DNA from: the human T2T-CHM13v2.0 reference genome, Homo sapiens
DNA: 64,000 nt
Reading direction: 5' to 3' (one strand)
Assembly: GCF_009914755.1 (NCBI RefSeq)
Contig: NC_060941.1
This document shows positions 24,831-37,849 of the stretch, in pieces. How positions within the stretch are numbered: position 1 is the first letter of the stretch; each line of letters opens with the position of its first letter. A program made the translations under genes and the position numbers. The notes beneath the pieces are model-generated. The model was not told the DNA's origin, did not search any database, and worked only from the letters and a program-made list of their open reading frames with translations.

Positions 24831-25279
24831 GATGATTTGTAAGGCTCTCCAGGACCAAAAGGGGGCACTCTTAGCACTTGCTCCCAAGCCCAATCAATAA
24901 TACCATTTTGATAAGTAAAATAGTGCAGAAACAGCACCAGGCTTTAAGATTGGTCCTGATGAAAGCAGAATGGGGTGAAAGAAACCACCCTCATTACTAG
25001 ATATTTAAATTTTTTTTCTGACTTTTCATCAACTAGAAATAGAAGCTCTAAATCATGGGGAGACAGTTAAAATTAAATGGGATAAATGCACAAAAAATTG
25101 CTTTGCACAATGCCTTGGCATATCTATCATAAATGCTCAAAAAGAGTAGCTATTACATACTCAACTTTTACTACCTCTTAAAAGGGGCACTGAAGCTAGG
25201 TCCAGATTGGCTCATAGCACAAGAGTGTAATCATGAAATGGGTCTTTATATTGAATACCATTAGAAGTGAGGGCTAACA

Positions 25280-25452
25280 GGTAATCACTCAATTCCTACA
25301 GTGCACCGAGCACTTTGCATAAATTATCTTGTTATCATGATTTTGTAGATAAGGAAATTGAGGCTCAGGATGACTAAATATATTGTCCTCATATGTAGGA
25401 GAGGCGGGATTTGAACCTAGGTCTGTCTGATTGATTCCAAGCCTGAGCTTTT
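25280..25452 (-). mobile_element. MIR (Alu inserted at its end)
   Basis: ttttgtagataaggaaattgaggctcag...gggatttgaacctaggtctgtctga. Confidence 0.75.
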
Positions 25453-25760
25453 CCTTTTTTAAAATTTTATTTTACTTTTTGAGAGACTCTTGCTCTGTTG
25501 CCCTGACTGGACTGCAGTGGCACGGTCTCCGCTCACTGCAACCTCCACCTCCCAGGTTCAAGCTATTCTCCTGCCTCAGCCTACTGAGTAGCTGGGATTA
25601 CAGGCATGTACCACCACACCCAGCTAATTTTTGCGTTTTTAGTAGAGACGGGGTTTTGCCATGTTGGTCAGGCTGGTCTTGAACTCCTGACCTCAGGTGA
25701 TCCACTCACCTCGGCCTCCCAAAATGCTGGGATTGCAGGTGTGAGCCACCGCACCCGGCC
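25453..25760 (-). mobile_element. AluSx-type SINE
   Basis: Full dimer with cctcaggtgatcc; exact TSD agcctgagctttt at 25440-25452 and 25761-25773. Confidence 0.97.
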
Positions 25761-26803
25761 AGCCTGAGCTTTTTCTATCAGACAAAAAACACAGTTTAGG
25801 ATCTTCTGCTCATAATGCATTAGTTTCTCACTTAGTCTCAGACCCCCACAATCACTTTACCAAAGCCTGAAGCCAGTGCCAAAAAGCTCTAATCCCTTGT
25901 AGATACAATTCCATTTCTATTCAAAGATCCTAACTAAAATTCTTAACTTTTTCAGCAAAGCTTGTTTGTGGAGAAAGGAAGAACTGGGGGCTAGGTAGTG
26001 AAGGTAATTCCTATGCCATCAGCCTCCAAAGATGTTTGTTGGTATCTGGAAGATCCTTGCTTGTTTTCCTTTCAATGAGTCTCTCCAGGCTTCTGCACCT
26101 GCTATGTAATAGCAAAACTATTGTTATGAAACACATCAAAACCAAGTCCTCAAACTTCACAGAAGAATTCACTTTATTTCAGCACCAGTCCTCTCCCCTT
26201 TTCCTTCCCAGGATCTTCACTCAACTTGAAGATTTCTGCTTTCATAGGAGTTTGTAGTCTGCACTGTAACCACCCAATACATCGACAGGTTAAAAAAAGA
26301 GAGCTCTTGCTCAGAAAGAGCTAGAAAGACTGTAGAGCCTAAGGGGTTTGTTTTTACCTCCCTCCTGGAAGCCAATAGCCCTTTTTTTTTTTTTCCTGGG
26401 AGGTGCTCAGTGATTAAGAGTAAAAATGCTTTGACTTGATATGCAATGGAAAGACGGGATTCTTTGCTAAGATTACAAAATGTGTTTGCTTTGTGATTTT
26501 CCTTGCAATCCTGAAGTGGGTGAAAGACTTGCAACTGAAGGATGTTTTGATTATCAGGAGTGTTGCCCCTTAGCCAAACGAAGAAAGCCTTCAATCTCAC
26601 TTGGGATTGAATGTTCTTTCGTTGAGTATAGGAGTATAGGGTGTTCTGTTCTGTAACAATGTCCTGGTTTTTAGCCCTGCAAGGCCTTCAGGATCTTCAG
26701 AAACAACATCTCTTTCCATCTCTGCGTCACTGGTGAGACTTTTTATAAAACTAGATGCTCTTTCTAATGAGAGCTGGCTATGTGTACCTAATGTTTGCAC
26801 TGG

Positions 26804-26955
26804 GGCAGTATTTCCCAAGGCAGTAGTAAAGGCTCTGAGAAGTCCTACAGTAAAGAAACCTATGTCACTTTACTTAATCCAGGGATTCTCATATATATCT
26901 GACCACAGAACCCTTTTAGCTAACATCTATTAATATCCCATGGAAACAGTTCGGG
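26804..26955 (-). mobile_element. Charlie4z-like hAT MITE
   Basis: aaaggctctgagaagtcctacagtaaagaaacct...tgaccacagaaccctttt...ctattaatatccc. Confidence 0.6.
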
Positions 26956-27829
26956 TATAAACATATAAACTCTTGGAACTGCTTAGAAGGGATAACCTCA
27001 ACTTATTGATGGATTTGGATAGACTATTTAAGGCAGAACTATTGGTCACATATTTGGGATAAACACTGAAGCTGCCTGCGTGGTCTGTCTGCATTATTTT
27101 TAGATCTGTGTAAGTATGTGTGCATGTGTTTATATATACTACATATAAATATACATTTTAGCTGTGAGGTTAGAAGATGAGGAGAAAAAAGGAGAAGATA
27201 CTGCTTTTTATAAAGAAGCAATCAGTGTCTTGCAGGACAAGGGAAAAATCTATTAATTTTAAGGCATCATTGGTACCTTCTATTACTGGCAGGCTCTGGT
27301 CACAAAATTAGCATCATGTGGCTTCCTATAATGATAAAAACACCTAGACTCCTGTTCTGCATGAATGCCCTGACAATTGGAGATGACGCTTCTTCTCATC
27401 AACCTCCCAGGATTCTTTTTATTCAGCCCAGTCCACTCTTCAGCCCCAATGCAGCACCCAAAACACTTCTTTCAAAGTCAATGATACCTATATGATATAC
27501 TCACTGGTACTCTTTTGGAGGATGCATTAAGTAATTCAGAAAATGGTGTAGTCTTATTCAATGTTGTGATCTAGTTTTTATTTCCAGAGCATGTTTGAAA
27601 CCATCTAAAGAAAGTTCTTAGCAAACCACTCCATAAAAAAAAAAAAGTACAATGATATATATTTATTTAATTGTGGAAAAGTCATGGGAGTTCTTTTTAA
27701 ATATTTTAAATGAAACATAAGGTTACTTTCTGAAATAGAACTTTACCCATGTATTTTTTTAATTGTCACATATAGGGTGATTTTAAAGTAAATAAGAACA
27801 CAAGGTTCATATTATTTTAAATGTATATT

Positions 27830-28860
27830 GTATTTGTCTTCTCAACGCTGTGGTTTTTAGGTCTGTGAATAGCATCATAGTATGGAGCCAGCCTATTAAG
27901 CAGCCTGTTTGGGTAAGGAAAGCCTTAGACCAGCACAATGTTGTATTGCTCACTGTGTCCTTCCAATATGGTTAGAATTCCACAACCTAAATGATCATTT
28001 GTTGAACAAATTCATGCTTTTATTAGTCAAAATACAGAGAAAACAGAGCCTCCCTGTTTCAAGATATTTGCTAATGCATGGTTAATTATCACATATAGCT
28101 TACTATAATTCATTTTACAGGGGAGACCTCCTGCAGGTAACATACTAGCAGTTTATGAACCAAAATAACCTCGCTATAGATTAGAGCCGTCCCAGGGCCG
28201 CTCAGACAGTTGGTGCTTCTAGACCTTCTCACTTCACATTGCTAATTCGAACAAGGCTTTATTTTTATATTTGTCAGCAGCAAGACTGTAGGATGGTTGT
28301 TAAACCTCTCCCAGGCCTAATTAGAGCAGCAATGCTCGCATTCATAATGAAGCTCGTGTCTTGCTCAGGAGGCAGTGATCTGGGCTGTTACAGTAGCTTC
28401 CTGGCAGGCCCTCGCTGGCAGTTTTAAGGTAGCTAGTGGCTGCGATATTAAGTGACTGTTGAAATTCATTGACTCCACCACGGCTAATGTGTCTAGATGA
28501 CAACAAGTTTACACGGTTCTTTTATAGTTACAGCAAATAGGTCCATTTAAATATTTATTAGGTGATTATGGTGATGTGAAATGGAAAAAAAAATGCAAAG
28601 TGCAATATCTCAAGTATGGCTGTTTTTAACTGTTTATGTGGGGTCCGGATCATGGTATCACTCAAAATCGCTGCATCTTTCCCTTATAAATATTTATACT
28701 AGATCAGCAGTGATGAATGCTAATTTATTTGCATTTTGTTTCTTTATTGACTTCTCCCTGGGCAGAGGTTAGCTGTGAAAAGTCATGCAGGTTTACTGGA
28801 TTGAAGGATATTTCGATCTGCCAACCAAGGGGCATTTTGATTAGATGGGGGGAGGACAGT
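27830..28860. promoter_or_regulatory. candidate conserved non-coding element / developmental enhancer
   Basis: About 1 kb repeat-free and AT-rich yet CpG-retaining; homeodomain, POU and FOX palindromic motifs. Inference only. Confidence 0.45.
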
Positions 28861-29890
28861 TCACTTTGCTGAAACTGAAGAGCCCTTTTTGCTCTTGGAG
28901 ATGCAGCCTGAGAGTGTATTCAGGCAGCTGGTGTTTTGCCCTCTGTCAGAGTTGATGTGCACACTGGCAAGCAGTTTTGCCTCCAAAAGACTGCTTTTCT
29001 GTATAGCAACTTGTCAAACCTCCTTGGACTGAATTGGGTGAGGCTGGCTGATCTGGGTGTTTGTCAGGCTTCTAACTTGAGTTTTTTTTTTTCTTGTTCT
29101 GTGAGTCACTTAAAAGATTACATTTTCACAAAAGCAAAAAGGCATATGTCTTAAATTGAATGGGGCATCTGAGACAAAGAGAGGAGCAGTTGAAAGAAAC
29201 CCAGCTTTGTGCCGTAAAGACTAAACCAGTATGATACCAAAGAGCTCAAAAAATCTGTAGGGGAAACTGTCAGAAAATTCCAGGCAGATAAAGGGCAAAT
29301 GGAAGTTGTCACTTTGCAATTGAATATTTTGACTCTCTAGGTAGCTAGAACATAAGATAGTGATTCCCAATACACCATCCATAATGCTGTTTATTATTTT
29401 CTTTCTTATGTCTTGAAACAAACTGTATCTGTATAGCCTCAATATGTGTAAATGGAGAATATTCAGGAGGTTTTTAGAAGCAGCTTTTGAAATAACCCAT
29501 TACTACATATAGGATGCCCTGGAGATCTGAGGACTGTCTAAATGAAAGTTTGCGTGAAGCACTTAAGGCCACTAAATCAGAAATCTCTGAAGCCACCATA
29601 ATTGTTTCAGTTGGCAAAAATAAAAAATAAAAAATCTCTGACTCTAATTTGTATCTCTTTTTACAAAATGCACTCATTTAGAGTTTGGTCTGTTCTAGTG
29701 GAGCCCAGTCTTGAACCTGTTCCAAGGACATTAATCACCCAAGAATCCAGAACTATCTCATGATGTGATCAATAGTATGTCCTTCTGGACACGGATGTAG
29801 CAAGAATTCACCGCAGTGTGGTTCTACAAAGTCAGGCTATTTAAAGAGATTTAAAATTATGTGGGAATCTCACTATTAAGAAAATACTAT

Positions 29891-30024
29891 GGTCAGGGGT
29901 GGTGGCTCATTCCTGTAACCCCAGCATTTTGGAAGGCCGAGACAGGATTTCTTGAGCCCAGGAGTTTGAGACCAGCCTGGACAACATAGCAAAACCCTGT
30001 CTCTAAGAACAATTTCTTTTAAAG
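29891..30024 (+). mobile_element. FLAM_C-like Alu monomer
   Basis: ggtggctcattcctgtaaccccagc...cttgagcccaggagtttgagaccagcctgg...ccctgtctct; single arm. Confidence 0.9.
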
Positions 30025-30731
30025 ATGAGAACATTATAGTGAATCTTTGATCATATGAAGACTCCTCTGAGGAATAGAATTATTCTGAAATCTACAAATG
30101 TGTACTCTAACTTAAGAATCGAATCATATGGACCCTCAAATTAAAACTTGTAATCATGAATTCCTTTCAATGTAAGAATTCATGGCTTCATTTACTGTTC
30201 ACAGTTGTAGCTATTTGCAAGTGACTCATGATAGGTAGTTCGTGATTTCTTTTTAATTTGAATCTTCTGAGCTACAAAGATGATGTGCAGAGGCTGATCA
30301 CTTAGTGCAAACAAAAACCCACATCTTAGTCCAGCCTCGTTGCTCTCAATTAATATAAAAGTATCTTTTAATCCTCTCAGCTCATTGAGGATGCATTTAC
30401 TCTCCCCATTTGATAAATGAAGAAACATGACATTAAAGCAACTTTGGTGCTTTTTGGAGATCTCAGGTCTGTTTGAGACGTGTGACCTGGCATGGGGCAG
30501 TGCTCCTCTGCATAGCCATATGTGGCCACCTGCTCTCAGGGCACCTCTTGCAAATGTGAAGGCCCCACTGTAATAAGTTATCTAGTATATTTCATAAGAG
30601 ATTCAATCTACCAATATTTTCTTTATTCACAATTCTTCAATTTTATAAAGCAAAGACTGTCTCTAATGGGTTTTCCTAAAATCGGAATATATCAATAAAT
30701 CGCAAACAGAGTAGGTCATTGGGAAAAGTCA

Positions 30732-31102
30732 TGCCTTAGTCGGTCCAGGCTGCCATAACAAAATATACTCAAATGGGTTGCTTATAAGTAACATAAATTT
30801 ATTTTCCACAGTTCTGGAGACTAAGAAGTCCAAGATTAAGATGCCTGTAGATTCAGCATCTGATGAGGGCGCTCTTCTGGGTTGCAGACTGCCGACTTCT
30901 GGCCATGTCCTCACATGGTGGAAGGGTAGCCCTCTAGCTAGTTCTCTGGGGTCTTTTTCATAAGGGCACTAATCCTATGCATGAGTGGGAAGCTCTCCCG
31001 ACCTAATCATCTCCCAAAGACTCCACCTCCTAATACCATCACCTTGGTAATTAGGTTTTAAGACATGAATTTTGGGGGGAAACAAACATTCAGACCATAG
31101 CA
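30732..31102 (-). mobile_element. MLT1A-type MaLR solo LTR
   Basis: tgccttagtc...ggctgccataacaaaata...cacagttctggag...aaacattcagaccatagca; exact TSD agtca/agtca. Confidence 0.92.
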
Positions 31103-31672
31103 AGTCATGAGGATTCTAGTTCAGAATTGTTTACTTGAAAATCACTATGTTGGTGCAAGTGCCAAACACAAAACAGGGAAGTACATTCTGTTTACACGTG
31201 AGAGATTATTAAAAAATAACCATTCAGGCTTACCTTTCTAGATACCAACCCAGGAAAGTCAACTCTCTGTTACATTTGCTGGGGGAAGTCAGTAAACATG
31301 ATATCGACTCATTTCTGTCACTGTCATTAGGTGTATATATCCTTGAGTTGGCTGGTTAATTTATTTCTGGTGAAAAAACAAGAAATAGCCTTTCCTCAAG
31401 TGAACAGGTTCATCAATTTTTACATGGTGCAAGATAATTGCTGAGGGTCCTAGCTTGCATGTGCACTATGACCCCCAAAGTAAACTAACCCCACATTTAA
31501 ATTAAAATCAACTTCAGCATGGATGACTTCAAACAAAAGCAATAAAACCCTCAGTTTGCTTTCGTCTCCTACTGTGTTTTCCTTTGTTCTGATGTGCTGA
31601 AAAATGACAGCCTTAAAAATAGAATAGCAGAGCCTATTTGTTCTCAGCTCTGATACCATTTGGGATGTGTAT

Positions 31673-31675
<3 letters not shown>

Positions 31676-31720
<45 letters not shown>
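31676..31720. repeat. (TG)~22 microsatellite
   Basis: Pure TG run. Confidence 0.97.
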
Positions 31721-31722
<2 letters not shown>

Positions 31723-31902
31723 ACATATCTATATCTCCTCTTGTGTGCTCATAGATTTTTGGACTTTCTGGGCTACATTCCATCACTCTACATTTCCATG
31801 TCATATGCCTCAGTCTGTACCCACGAATGTCATTTTCTCTTTGATTCTCAAGCTTTGTCAGTGTAGACAATCATTGAATCTGTAGTTCTGGCTGAACTGT
31901 AC

Positions 31903-32830
31903 TATTAGAGATAAGAAAAATAAATCCAAAGTGTTTTTTTTTTCCACTCTCACACACCACTCAACATAATACTTCTGACACCAGATGTGCAGGGATATTT
32001 TATCATACAACAAGCAGTTCTCCAGCACACACCAGCTGGATGTCTTACAATTCAATTCAATTCTGACATTACATACCTGCAGATAGCATCAGATCCCATA
32101 GGTTAAGGCCTCAGTTCTATAAGACTTACCCCAACTTTTGATGCCAATCGCAAGTAGTAGGATGTTACCTATACTATACAAGTATACTGTATAGGTATAT
32201 GGGCTGTAAATTGTGGTTCTGACGACTTCCTTCTTGGGTTTAAGAATGGCTCACAGAACTCAGGGAAACTTATATTTACCAGTTTATTAATAAAGGATAT
32301 AATAAAGAATATAGATGAACAGGCAGGTGGGAGAGATATGTAGGGTGAAGTTGAGAAGGGTCCCAAAGTGCAGGAGCTTCTGACCCTATGGAATTGGGGT
32401 GTGCTGTGCTACTGGCACATGGATGCATTTGCCAAACCAGAAACTCTCCAAGCCCACAGTTTAGGGATATTTATGGAGGCATCATCATGTAGGCATGATT
32501 TATTATTCACTCCATTTCCAACCACTCTCCCCTCTCCGGAGAATGGGGGCTGGGGCTGAAAGCTCCAAGCTTGTAATCATGGCTTGATCTTTCTGGTGAC
32601 CGGCCCCTATCCAGGAGCCCACCAAGAGTAACCTCAAAAGAACAAAAGATGCTTCTGTCACCCAGGAAATTCCAAGAGATTTAGGAGCTCTGTGTCAAGA
32701 ACTGGGCTCAAAGACCAAATATTAGAACTAAAGATTCTCCTAGCATCCCTATTGTTCAGGAAATTGCAAGGGTTTTAGCAGCTCTATGCCAGAAACTGGG
32801 GGCAATACGTGTATTTCTTATTATTTCACA
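31903..32830 (-). mobile_element. MER21-type ERV solo LTR
   Basis: cttctgacaccagatgtg...caattcaattcaattctgac...ggctcacagaactcagggaaac...tcttattatttcaca; 4-bp TSD gtac/gtat. Confidence 0.88.
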
Positions 32831-33379
32831 GTATAATAAAGAATTGTAGACAGAAAATCAACTAATTAAGGATGGCATAGCTATCCAAAGCTATAAGCTG
32901 AAAAGATAGGTTCTACTTCAAGCTATTTTGTACCCTAGTATAAAATACCCTAGTGCAAAGAAATGTCAATTCTTTCTACCTCCATCTCAATCAACTATTA
33001 TGCAAGTCATGTTTGTATAGATGTTGGTTTTATTATTTTTTTCTTCTGATGTGTTGTCCTGATGGACTCTTTGGGTAAAGTTGTGATTTCAGAGTTGAGT
33101 AGGGGCACTCTTTTTCCTGAAGGCTGAATCTTCCTGGTATCATTCATGCGGTGAAGAGGTTGAGCCTCAGGCCAGAAAGTAGAACTTAGAAAGCCAGATA
33201 TTATTATCATCCCCAGTTCACAGATAGTGGAATTCTCAGACAGGATGAGTGGCCTGCTCAATCTCATATAGCCCCTCTGCTATAAAAAATAAAATAAATC
33301 AAAGAATCTAGGATTATTCATTCTAGCTTATCCTTTTTATAAAGGCTATAGGTTGGCAAGCTACCTTAAAGCTGCAATG

Positions 33380-33625
33380 ATAATTACTTTAAATGTAGTA
33401 TTTGTGCAGCACTATTCACTTTGTAAAATATATTTGTGTGTGTGTGAGTTAACCTCACAACTACCCAGTGAAAAACAATAGGGACTATTTTCTGCCCCAA
33501 GTCAATAGATCTGGATATGAGATTCGGAATTCAAATAAATAGCCCTAAACCACACAATGGAGGAATTTGGATTAGAACCCAGGTCTCTAGATTCCTTACC
33601 TGGTGTTCTTTTAACAACATCATGG
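33380..33625 (-). mobile_element. MIR (degenerate)
   Basis: aacctcacaactaccc...ggattagaacccaggtctctagattcc. Confidence 0.6.
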
Positions 33626-35159
33626 TGCTGATTATGGGCTTTCTAATGTCTCAGTAGCAGCTGCTGAGAAGCCACATGAAGATTCTCAAATATACAGAGC
33701 ACTTTTAAGAGAAAATGAATGAGAAGGTCATTAACTTGTTCCAGTCAGTGGGGCTTGAAAACAATTGTTCCCTGCAGCTCCAAGATGCTTTCTTGTTCTT
33801 CAGGCTCGGAAGTGATGTACAGATTAGAGCTTTCTGACCTTTGGAATCTGTTTTGTGTTTCTCTTCCTCTGAAGTTATTGATTAAGGGTTCTATTTACTC
33901 TATGTTTAAGCTTCAGTGGCCTTTAAAAATGAAAGAAAAAGTTTGAGGATCACCTTGTTATATTCTAGTTTATTCAAGAATGAACATAATAGAAAGTAAA
34001 AAACTAATCCAGGAAGTAAGCAACCAAGTAGAAAAAGATGCCAAAATTATGAATAGAAATAGATGTCAAAAATTATGTGAATGAGAAGAAAGGAGGAAAT
34101 TCCACAGAGATTGTAGTGGAGCATGCTATGAGATATTTTGATAAAAAGGTATCATTTCATGCTCTAAGAACAATAAAAGAGATTTTTAGGGGCCATCACA
34201 TAAAAGAACCCCATTATTATTCCTGGAGGAAATGATCTGTCAGGAAGAGTTTGACCTGTGCCATCCAGAGGCACCTATGCATGGACAGTCAGTCAAAAGA
34301 CCACAGTAGACAGGGTATGTGGCAATATAACAGATAAGACCCCTGAATCTCACCATTCACTGCCCCCCATGGAAATGAATGGTGGATTGGGGGCCCAGAG
34401 ATCCCAGTGTTCTGTATGGAAAATTGTAGAGGGGCACTCAGGACACAGGTGATGTTTTCAGCTATTCCAGCTGAAGGTCATGTCTTTGGAAAAGAAAGGA
34501 GACTAAGGGAATGAACAGCTAGAGACAGTGTTGAAGAGAAGATGTTAATTTCCTGGACTGTGGCCTGACACCAGAACAAATGTCCTGGCTAGTATCTGTA
34601 GAATCTGGCTACACGTCACAAAGACTGGGAAGAATGTATTTGGCAGACAATTCTGCCCTGATCAACAGAGTGGAAACAGGGTTTTTGTCAGAGAGAGGAA
34701 AAAAAGACCAAATATATTGCAAAACAGAATTATATGAAAGATGCTATATCTGACATAGCAAGATGCAGCACAGTGTGGGCAGAAGTTCCTAGTAGTTCTT
34801 AGGCAATAGTAAATGTCATTTATATACCAAACCTACAGAATAGAGGGGACAAACAGTTGAACTTGACATGCCAAGATTCAAAGATATATGCAACCTTCTA
34901 GATATTTCTCTATTTGCATGGTGAAGCCTATGACTAGAACATATGATAAATGAACCATTATAAAAAAGCCAAAAGAAGAATATTAATCATATCCAGAGAA
35001 ACACATTTAAATGGCAAATACTTCTGACCAGAATTCTTGCCCTGGCTAAGTCACAAAAGATGGGGATTCTGTTGCTCTGAAAGATTAGGGTTACTCTTCA
35101 TACATACAAACAGACACCCTTACCTGGGATCCATCATACTGCCCACAAAGGAAATAAGA

Positions 35160-35430
35160 CCATTTATTCAAGAAACATCTACTACAGATTGGGTGGTGGA
35201 AATGCACAGATGAGGCAGACACAGCCTTTGCCCTCCAGGAGGTTACAATCTGTTAGGGAAGAGAGATGTGAAAAATGAATATTTAAAATCCAGCAGGTCA
35301 GATGTATTTGGAAGTATAATGGGGGAAAAAGTGAAAATCATAGGGGATTGAAAGGGAATGAGTTTCCCAGCAGAAAATGTGACCCTTCTTTGAATACTGG
35401 CTTTGGAGGTTTGTGGATGAATGAAAATAA
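35160..35430 (-). mobile_element. L2 3' end
   Basis: catttattcaagaaacatctact...gacacagcctttgccctccaggaggttacaatctgttagggaagagagatg. Confidence 0.7.
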
Positions 35431-36519
35431 TGTATTCCCTTAGGGGCCTGGCTCTATAAGACACAAATCTTAGAAAACATCAGGAGTTGGATGCTTGAGC
35501 AGGGTCAATCTCAGCAATGCTAAAGAAGTTTCTCATGAGGCAAATCCCTTGCCCAAGTTTCCCTTATTTACTGCCAGCCCTGATAAGCCCTCGTAGAAAC
35601 TTCCAATCTACCCATTTCAAGCCTTTCTTGCTTGACAGTGGCTTGTGGCTAGTCCTGCTTACTTGTAAATCTTTTCTTAATCCCATCTGAAGAAACCAGG
35701 TGGGATATTGCCTATCAAGGGTAGGAACAGCAGAAGAATTTAGACCTGTAAATAATGAGTCATATACTAGTATAAAAACCTACCGATCGGAGAGGGGAAA
35801 TAAAGTAAAAATCATATCAATTGCAATAAAGGGAAAGAGAATCAAAAGTTCTGTTTTGGTGGAATTATATCATAGGATACCTAGCCAGATAGTGTTTAAG
35901 GATGATATTTTTCTTATATAAATTATTTAAAATTATTTCCTAATACAGACTATATTTTAAAAATACAGAGATAATAGGATGGGAGACTTTAACTCTACAT
36001 ACATTTACCAGAAGTCTGATTCCATTGAAACTAGAATATCTCACAAACATTAGCCTCATTGACAATTTTATCATTTAGCAAAGAGAGGGAAAAAATAGAT
36101 GAGTTGCCCTTTGACTTAGAACTGGCCTTCAAAACAGTCTTGAATTAACAGGAACTTTGAGAGAACCCTCTCCAAGAGGTAAAAGATACAGTACGGATTG
36201 CTGGACATGTTACCCAAGGCTTCAAGAAATTCAGAGAATAGCTAGAAGCAAGCCCACATCTAGAAGACATCTAAAGTGAATGAGGACTTCTAAATTTGAG
36301 GAATACTGAGAGTTAACACTATGATTACTCAGTTGAAAATAATCCCACTGAAGATAAAAGGAAATGGGCAACTCATGAACCCTATTGGATATATAGCGGG
36401 GCTTTGTGCATTTAGATCTCAAAAAAAGTCCATCCAGAAAATGGATTTGAATCTGAAGGTGCAGTATTAGTGCCAGTTATTTGCTGACCACTGGAGACAC
36501 TAAAAACAGAATGAAGTAA

Positions 36520-37054
<535 letters not shown>

Positions 37055-37299
37055 TGAGGGAGAACAATTAAGCACTCATGAGTTCAACCGTTTAGGCCTT
37101 GGAAAGTTTTAAGCTCTAAAATAAATATACACATGTCCTCTTAACAACCTTATTATTAATCTATCAGATGATACAATGAATGGGAGAGTTCTCAAAAGGC
37201 TAGTGATCAGAAGCTATCCAAATTTACTAAAATCTAATTCCTTAAACCTAAATTTTCGTTAACATTTGTATGTTTTTATTTTATTTTTAATGCCATTAT

Positions 37300-37815
37300 T
37301 AAAATCCTTGACAAAATTCTAGAAAAGATGATTAAATTGTAGGCTAAAAAACCAAACAAACAATAAAGTGATCACCAAGAACCCACCATTGTTCACTAAG
37401 AACAAATCATGGCAGGTTAACTTCATTTGCCTTTGAGCTAAAATTTACTATACTGATAAATTAAGGGACTACTCCCAAACATAGCACTTATTAATTTCAA
37501 CCAGGCATTCAACAAAGTATCTCAAGTGGATTCACACCTGGTTGAATATTGCATTCAAAGACTGACAGGCTTGAGGAAATGTTGTGCCATTAGAATCAGG
37601 GGTTCTGCCCTCAGCTTGTGACCTGCTCAGTTGGTTGCCAAATTTGTTTTTACCGGCAGAGGTAAAAACAAATTTGGATTTGAGCCCATGTGATTTTCCC
37701 CCCATTATGCTCTGTTGCCGACAGACAGAGGAAAGTGATAGAAGGTTGAAAACTTTAAAACCATTCTATATCAGGAAATGTTAACGGAACAGTCAAACTC
37801 AGCCTGAAGAAGTGA
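37300..37815 (+). mobile_element. L3/CR1 LINE remnant including RT-domain sequence
   Basis: ttcactaagaacaaatcatggcaggttaacttcatt reads FTKNKSWQVNFI (cf. CR1 HGFTK.KSC.TNLI); ttcaaccaggcattcaacaaagtatct reads FNQAFNKVS (cf. DFSKAFD.V); 3' part ...ctcagcctgaagaag. Confidence 0.8.
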
Positions 37816-37849
37816 GAAAAGGACCACCCCACTTATAGAGGCTGCTCAG

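Noticed and set aside
26212-26288. Good acceptor ccttttccttcccag followed by cag|gttaaa
   Set aside because: Donor is weak and no coding content is recognised
28121-28136. 16-nt microexon-like ttttacag|GGGAGACCTCCTGCAG|gtaaca
   Set aside because: Frame-shifting length and short pyrimidine tract, no supporting host gene; better explained as part of the non-coding element
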